Source of the DNA: Bacteroidota bacterium
Lineage (GTDB): Bacteria; Bacteroidota; Ignavibacteria; SZUA-365
Assembly (NCBI GenBank): GCA_014860565.1
Contig: JACZJN010000095.1
Span: 5,198-69,197 of the forward strand
Direction of reading: 5' to 3'
Length of the DNA stretch: 64,000 nucleotides
Under the pieces are notes generated by a model. The model saw only the letters and a program-made list of their open reading frames with translations. It was not told the origin of the DNA and ran no database searches. A program made the translations under genes and the position numbers. Below, in pieces: positions 58,272-64,000 of the stretch; within the stretch, counting starts at the first letter, position 1, and every line of letters begins with the position of its first letter.

Positions 58272-58873
58272 AATCGATTTTCCTCACCACACTGGCGCTA
58301 CTCGTTTTCTCCTCCCTTTCCGCAACCGCCGGAGGATACAGTGTCGGCGACAAAGCGACGGATTTCCGTCTTATGAACGTCGACGGGAAGATGGTGTCCA
58401 TGGCGGATTTCCCATCCGCATCGGGGTTTATCGTAATCTTCACCTGCAATCACTGCCCCTATTCCATCGCGTATGAGGATCGCATCATCGCGCTCGACAC
58501 CAAATTCAAATCCCGCGGATATCCCGTCATCGCGATCAACCCCAACGATCCAGATGTCCAGCCCGAGGACAGTTTCGATGCCATGGTGGAGCGCGCACAG
58601 GAAAAAGAATTTCCCTTTCCCTATCTCCTGGACGAAGGACAGAAAATCTATCCGCAGTACGGAGCGACCCGCACACCGCATGTATTCGTGCTGCAGAAGG
58701 ACGGCAGCGATTTTCGCGTGCGCTACATAGGTGCGATTGACAATAATCATGAAGACGCTGATGATGCAGACGAGCACTATGTCGAGGCAGCGGTCGACGC
58801 ACTGCTCACCGGCGCGGCACCGGCAGTGGAGAGTACCAAGGCGATCGGCTGCAGCATCAAGTACAAGAAATAG
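58268..58873 (+). CDS. thioredoxin-fold redoxin family protein
   Basis: signal peptide; CNHCP active-site motif; start overlaps the previous stop (ATGA). Confidence 0.65.
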   Translation: MKSIFLTTLALLVFSSLSATAGGYSVGDKATDFRLMNVDGKMVSMADFPSASGFIVIFTCNHCPYSIAYEDRIIALDTKFKSRGYPVIAINPNDPDVQPEDSFDAMVERAQEKEFPFPYLLDEGQKIYPQYGATRTPHVFVLQKDGSDFRVRYIGAIDNNHEDADDADEHYVEAAVDALLTGAAPAVESTKAIGCSIKYKK

Positions 58874-58980
58874 TTCTGTCGTTGCAGTTGACCCGATGCA
58901 TCGCTACTTTGCGATGTATTGAGTCAATTTCGTCGCATTCGCGACAGCAGAATCTTGTACACTAGTCCAGAGGAGGACGC

Positions 58981-59646
58981 ATGAAAGCGGTTATCTTCCT
59001 TGCTTCCGCTATTGTCTTACTCTCCGGATCACTCAGCGCCCAGGGGATGCTGCGCATGTACCGCATGATGTACAGCGTCGGCGGATCCTTTTCTTCAGGG
59101 CAGAATGACTTGGATATCAAGGGTACGACAGGTAGCACAGGTTCCGAGCTGGATCATGAAACGGTCCGTCTCTCCACACGGAACGGCTATTTCATCTCGA
59201 GAAATGTCGTGTTCGGATTCGAATTCACGTGGGACCAGACCCGCGGTGAAAGCCGTCCGAAGCCGAACCCAACCAACGCACGTTACAAAAATTACGATCG
59301 CAACCTGTTTGTCGGTCCTTTGCTTCGGTGGTATCTACCCCTGAGCATGCGCTGGTTCACCTATCCAGAAATATCAGTGGGATATCGGCATTATCTCGGA
59401 GAATCGGAGGCGAGTAGTTCAACGGTCAGTACACTCCCGGTCACGATCTCTGCGAGGGGATTCGGGGCAAACGCGGGCTTGGGCCTTGGCTACTTCATAT
59501 CACGCAACGTCGTTCTGGATGCCTCTCTCCGTTATTCCTACAACTGGCATACAGGGAGCTATGAAATCCCCGGACAGCCCGATCTCGACGTCGACTTCCA
59601 TGGATCCGAAATCGGTATCCTGCTCGGGCTTGAGCTGCTGATGTAA
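58981..59646 (+). CDS. outer-membrane beta-barrel protein
   Basis: signal peptide; alternating beta-strand pattern; aromatic-rich C-terminal strand. Confidence 0.55.
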   Translation: MKAVIFLASAIVLLSGSLSAQGMLRMYRMMYSVGGSFSSGQNDLDIKGTTGSTGSELDHETVRLSTRNGYFISRNVVFGFEFTWDQTRGESRPKPNPTNARYKNYDRNLFVGPLLRWYLPLSMRWFTYPEISVGYRHYLGESEASSSTVSTLPVTISARGFGANAGLGLGYFISRNVVLDASLRYSYNWHTGSYEIPGQPDLDVDFHGSEIGILLGLELLM

Positions 59647-59682
59647 TTTCCCCGTCGGGAGGGATTCGGGGTATGCTTTCTT

Positions 59683-61629
59683 TCAGGCCGAATGTTGGGG
59701 GATTTCCTGAACAAGAGGAATTGTAACCGTGAAAACGGAACCTATTCCCACTTCGCTTTCGACATGGATCTCACCGCCGTGCAACGCAACAAAGCGATGG
59801 CACAGGTCGAGACCAAGTCCGTGCGCGCTTTCGCGTGACGCCTCGGAATCCGGAACAATCCCCGATCGATTGCGAATCCGTTCGAGACGCTCGGCGGTGA
59901 TGCCGCTACCGTTGTCGCTGACGCGGATAGTACACCGCGTCCCCGACCGCTCTATCCGAAGTTCCACCCGTCCCTTCTCCCCCGTAAACTTTATCGCATT
60001 CGAGAGAAGATTCTCCAGTATTACTGTCAGCATGTGTTCGTCGAACGAGCAGGGAACCGTGGATGGACAAAACCAGTCGAGCTGAATTTGTTTGGACCTT
60101 GCCTGCGGCTGCAGCAGTTTCATGACTACTGCCGCGATCTCCCGTAGGTCGCCTACAACAGGATTGAACTGGATTTCTTTCCGCTGCGCACGCGCCCAGT
60201 CGAGCAGCCGGTTGAGCAGGGCCAGTGTTGCATTGGCCGTCTCACTTGCTCCAGTGAGAAGTTCCGCTTTCTGCTCGGCACTTACCGCACCATCATCCGC
60301 GGAGGCAAGAACGAGCATGCCGGTGATATTACCCATTGCGCCGCGGAGGTCATGGCTGACGATACCGAACAGCCGCTCCCGGGTTTCTATCTCTCGCGCA
60401 AGTTCCGCGTTTGCGTCTTCGATATGCTGCTTCTGCACAGTAATGAGCCGGTTGCTGCGCAGCTTTCCCCGGAAGGCGAACAGGAGGACACTGAGCAGGA
60501 TAGCGAGTAGTATGGTTCCTGCGATAAGAGAATTCCGGATCAGTGCCTGAGATCGCAGTTTCGCCTCGACCTCAAGCTCCCGCTGCCTGGTTCGAAACGC
60601 GAGTTCTTTCTCGCGCACGGCAATTTCGCGCTCGATATTGAGTTGTGCCACCCGACGGAGCGCGGCCTCGTCTCGAAGACTGTCGTCCGTTGCCTTGAAT
60701 AGTGTCAGGTACTCGTAGGCCTTCCGGTATTGTTTCGAGGCCGCATGAATGTCTGCAAGCACCTGCGCGGCCTCGCGGATGGCGAAGCGGGAATTGAGCA
60801 GCAAACCGTTTTCCAGCGCCACCACGGCCTCTCTGCGGGCCTCGTCGGTTCTCCCTGCAGTGAAAAGTACCCGCGCGATGTCGGAAGAAACAAGGGAAAC
60901 GCCATTTCTGTCTTCGAAATAAATATAGAGCGACAACGCCTTGCGCATCAGCACGAGCGCCACTTCTGCTTTCCCTCGTGCGTTTTCGATGCGTCCGAGA
61001 TGGTAGAGATTTCCTGCGATGAGCAGCGTATCCCGCGCCGCTCGGGCGAGCTGCAAACTTTGTTCGTGCAGGGCATACGAGGAATCCAAACGTGCGCTTT
61101 CATAGAAAATCAATCCGAGATTCATCAGACACCGGGAGAGTCCCGCATCGTCTCCCATCCGTGACCTGATATGCGCGGCGCGGCGAAAGCAGTCCTCCGC
61201 CCTCTCTGACATTCCCAGATTGCGGTACGCGAGCCCAAGATTGTTGTAGCTCTGACCGATGTCGAAGCGGCTTTCGAGCAGTTCCGCCAGGCGCAGTGCC
61301 TCGATGTGGTTGTGAACGGCAATATCGTATTCACCCCGCATCCACCTGTTTGCGCCGATGGCGTTCAAAGCCCGCACCTGCAGGATGGTGTCACCGAGCG
61401 CGACTGCCCTTTGATATGCATGCTCCCCAGCCTTCAAACCCAATTCCGCGTTGCGTCTGTGTTCCACCAACGACTCACGAATGAGCGCACGGATTTTCAT
61501 CCGATCCAATGCGGTATCCTTTTCCGCGGCGATGAAATCTCTTTCCACCGGAATACGATCCACGGCAAACGCCGGTACTCCCTGCGCAGTGACAGCAAGG
61601 AGCACAAAAACAAATTGCCACGCCTTCAT
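59683..61629 (-). CDS. TPR-repeat sensor histidine kinase
   Basis: signal peptide, TPR repeats, TM, H-box SHDLRG, HATPase_c (DNGSGI, GLGL). Confidence 0.8.
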   Translation of the reverse strand: MKAWQFVFVLLAVTAQGVPAFAVDRIPVERDFIAAEKDTALDRMKIRALIRESLVEHRRNAELGLKAGEHAYQRAVALGDTILQVRALNAIGANRWMRGEYDIAVHNHIEALRLAELLESRFDIGQSYNNLGLAYRNLGMSERAEDCFRRAAHIRSRMGDDAGLSRCLMNLGLIFYESARLDSSYALHEQSLQLARAARDTLLIAGNLYHLGRIENARGKAEVALVLMRKALSLYIYFEDRNGVSLVSSDIARVLFTAGRTDEARREAVVALENGLLLNSRFAIREAAQVLADIHAASKQYRKAYEYLTLFKATDDSLRDEAALRRVAQLNIEREIAVREKELAFRTRQRELEVEAKLRSQALIRNSLIAGTILLAILLSVLLFAFRGKLRSNRLITVQKQHIEDANAELAREIETRERLFGIVSHDLRGAMGNITGMLVLASADDGAVSAEQKAELLTGASETANATLALLNRLLDWARAQRKEIQFNPVVGDLREIAAVVMKLLQPQARSKQIQLDWFCPSTVPCSFDEHMLTVILENLLSNAIKFTGEKGRVELRIERSGTRCTIRVSDNGSGITAERLERIRNRSGIVPDSEASRESAHGLGLDLCHRFVALHGGEIHVESEVGIGSVFTVTIPLVQEIPQHSA

Positions 61630-61807
61630 GCATGACTCCGCATAGACATTCGTATTGAGGCTCAGTCTCCCTATTTCCTGGGACACTGGGTGCATACCCG
61701 AGTCTATCATACAAATTTTTCAGGATTGATGCACCATTTTCTCGGAATTGATTGAAGCCTCTTTTTCCGATGAACACCAACGGTGCGGGTGCAGCGTCAT
61801 ATCGGCA

Positions 61808-64000
61808 TTACTCCTTGCGAATGAGTGTAACGTGCTCCGCGACTATATTCAAGACCTCATACTCCTTTACAACTTTCCCGTAAATGAGGAACGGACCTGT
61901 GCTGCGCAGCAGATGGGCGTATTCGTCGAAGCATCTCGGGAAGAGCACGACGTCGATGCGTCCGACGGCGTCGTCCAGATTGATGAACATCATGCGCTCC
62001 CCTTTCCTCGTTCTTGTGAGTTTGGCGGCAATCATCCAGCCCCCGACGTGGACACGGCGTCCCACGTAGCGATCGAGGTCCCGCGCTTTGATCGTCTGCC
62101 GCAGTTCCTTCTCGAAATGTTCGAGCACATGGGTGGAGACGGTATAGGTGAATGTTTCCAACTCGATCTGCGTCACCTGCTCGGCCGTATAGGGCCTGAG
62201 CAGCTGCAGATCCTCGCTGAAACTCTCGAAGCGCAGTTGCAGAGCCGGTTCGGCGATACCGCGCCGGTTCCGGTTGAAATGGAGTTTTGACTTCACCAGC
62301 AGTGCCGGACGCTGTTCGCCAAAACAATCGCATGCCCCGCAGCGAACGAGAATGACGGTATCCTCCGCGGTCGTTCCTCCGCGCTGCAGGAAATCATCGA
62401 AATCAGTGAATTTGCCGTTCTCTCGCCGTTCTCGAAGCAGTTGGAGCCGCGAACGGTCGCTGAAATCCTTGACATGCAGAAATCCAAGCTGGATCGTCCT
62501 GTCGTCGGGACAGAAATGCAGTTCGTCGCTCGCGTTCACATCCGGCAGCAATATGCGCAGGTTCAGGCGGCGCGCCTCCTGGATATACACTTCCGGTCGA
62601 TAATACCCGCCCTGATTATTGAGGACGCTGCACAGGAAGAGTGCCGGATAATGCGCCTTGAGATACGCTTCCTGAAACGACAGCACGGCATACGATGCCG
62701 AGTGCGCCTTGCAGAAACTGTAGCCCGCGAAGGACTCCATCTGCCGCCAGATTTCTGCAACGACTTCTTCTGTAATGCCCTGGCGGCGGCAGCCATCGAA
62801 GAACGTATTGCGCAGTGCGTGCATGGCGTCGCGCGAGCGCATCTTTCCCGACATGGCGCGTCGAAGGAGATCCGCCTCTCCCAGGCTGAGTTTGCCGATG
62901 AAATGCGCAACCTTGATCACATCCTCCTGATACACCATGACTCCGTATGTCGTGCGAAGCAGCTCCGCCATCATCGGATGCGGTGGATTGACTTTCGATG
63001 GATCATGAAAACGTTCGATAAACGCCTGCATCATTCCCGACTGCGCCACGCCCGGACGAATGATGGAACTTGCGGCGGTGAGCATTTCGAAGGTGTCCGT
63101 ACGCAATTTCTTCAGCAGCTGTATCATCGCGGGCGATTCGACATAGAAACAGCCGACAGTCTCTCCCTTTCGCATGATCGCGCGTGTTTTCGCATCGTCG
63201 CAGGCATTTTTGTAGTCGATGACGGGAGGAAGCTTCCCCGTGCGCTGGCGTACCTCCTGCATCGTGTCTTCGAACGTCCCGAGTCCACGCGTGGAAAGGA
63301 TGTCGAGTTTTTCCAGCCGCCAGTCTTCGGTCGAATACATATCCTGCTGCGTGATGCGCACCCCTTTCGGCGCGACCTGCGTGGCGGTGTAGCGCGTCAT
63401 CGGTTCCGGGGCTAGAATCACTCCTCCCGAATGTATTCCGTAATGATTCGGGAATTCGAGAATTGCATGAGCCGCGCGAGACCAATCCTTGCCGTAACGC
63501 GTGCTGAGCATCGGACCCATATGGCGGCGAACGGGGCTGTTCGGATCCATCAGATCGCGTACCGAGCCGTACCCCGGCAGCATCGAGGTCAGCTGTTTGA
63601 TTTCCGCGGCGCTGTAGCCGAGCACCTTCCCCACCTCACGCAATGCTCCTCGCGGATTGAAGGTCGAAATCGTGCAGATCATCGCCGTCCGGTCGCGGCC
63701 GTATTTCGCGAGCACATAATCGATCAGTTCGTCACGGTTGCGCCAGGAGAAATCGATGTCGAAATCCGGCGGTGATTTTCGCTCGGGATTCAGGAAGCGC
63801 TCAAAAAAGAGGTCGAGTTCGATGGGATCGACGTTGGTAATCTGAAGGCAATAGGCGACGATGCTGTTGGCGCCGGAACCGCGTCCCACATACGGATAGG
63901 ACCGATGTCTGGCATAGCGGATGATATCCCAGCTGACAAGGAAATAATCCAGGAACCCAAGTTTCTCGATTATGCCCAGTTCCTTCTCGATTCGTTCTCG
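61808..64000 (-). CDS. dnaE: DNA polymerase III alpha subunit, 3'-terminal ~730 codons (gene continues past the window end)
   Basis: PHP/polymerase motifs GFLDYFLVSWDIIRYAR...GRGSGANSIVAYCLQITNVDP; OB-fold at the C-terminus; frame open to nt 64000. Confidence 0.9.
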   Translation of the reverse strand, partial: RERIEKELGIIEKLGFLDYFLVSWDIIRYARHRSYPYVGRGSGANSIVAYCLQITNVDPIELDLFFERFLNPERKSPPDFDIDFSWRNRDELIDYVLAKYGRDRTAMICTISTFNPRGALREVGKVLGYSAAEIKQLTSMLPGYGSVRDLMDPNSPVRRHMGPMLSTRYGKDWSRAAHAILEFPNHYGIHSGGVILAPEPMTRYTATQVAPKGVRITQQDMYSTEDWRLEKLDILSTRGLGTFEDTMQEVRQRTGKLPPVIDYKNACDDAKTRAIMRKGETVGCFYVESPAMIQLLKKLRTDTFEMLTAASSIIRPGVAQSGMMQAFIERFHDPSKVNPPHPMMAELLRTTYGVMVYQEDVIKVAHFIGKLSLGEADLLRRAMSGKMRSRDAMHALRNTFFDGCRRQGITEEVVAEIWRQMESFAGYSFCKAHSASYAVLSFQEAYLKAHYPALFLCSVLNNQGGYYRPEVYIQEARRLNLRILLPDVNASDELHFCPDDRTIQLGFLHVKDFSDRSRLQLLRERRENGKFTDFDDFLQRGGTTAEDTVILVRCGACDCFGEQRPALLVKSKLHFNRNRRGIAEPALQLRFESFSEDLQLLRPYTAEQVTQIELETFTYTVSTHVLEHFEKELRQTIKARDLDRYVGRRVHVGGWMIAAKLTRTRKGERMMFINLDDAVGRIDVVLFPRCFDEYAHLLRSTGPFLIYGKVVKEYEVLNIVAEHVTLIRKE

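Overview
High-GC (~60%) bacterial chromosomal segment that is mostly core/housekeeping. Four predicted T9SS C-terminal sorting domains and standard sigma70-type promoters (TTGNNA-17-TATATT) point to an FCB-group organism, possibly Rhodothermus- or Ignavibacteria-like; this is inference. Gene content in order: a partial hypothetical gene; a flotillin/NfeD operon; a 1584-aa T9SS-sorted surface protein built of repeated DFG-motif domains, followed by an OM beta-barrel; a four-helix-bundle protein; an M23 peptidase; an FAH-family hydrolase; the metK-ahcY methyl-cycle operon; tRNA-Thr; pabA-pabB-pabC; the distal complex I module nuoJ-K-L-M-[NhaD-like permease]-nuoN followed by nnr and vanZ; ychF; citrate synthase; a translationally coupled Nudix(MutT-like)-mutY-ogg2-ABC ATPase block; nusB; an MFS transporter; a large standalone HerA/DUF853-like ATPase; hypothetical secreted proteins either side of tRNA-Pro; an S8 peptidase; three sensor histidine kinases with no response regulator in the window; an MBL-fold hydrolase; DinB; thioredoxin-fold proteins; and the 3' part of dnaE. 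I found no mobile elements, CRISPR arrays or recognisable defence or toxin systems. The most interesting signals are non-coding: (1) a 30-nt element carrying an 18-bp dyad GGCGCGC-N4-GCGCGCC with overlapping alternative hairpins, present as a 63-bp-phased tandem array just upstream of the nuoJ promoter and as a single copy upstream of the tRNA-Thr promoter, with compensatory base changes between copies; (2) a candidate ~60-nt sRNA with a perfect TTGACA-17-TATATT promoter and an intrinsic terminator; (3) a complete GO-system operon (MutT-like, MutY, Ogg2-type).
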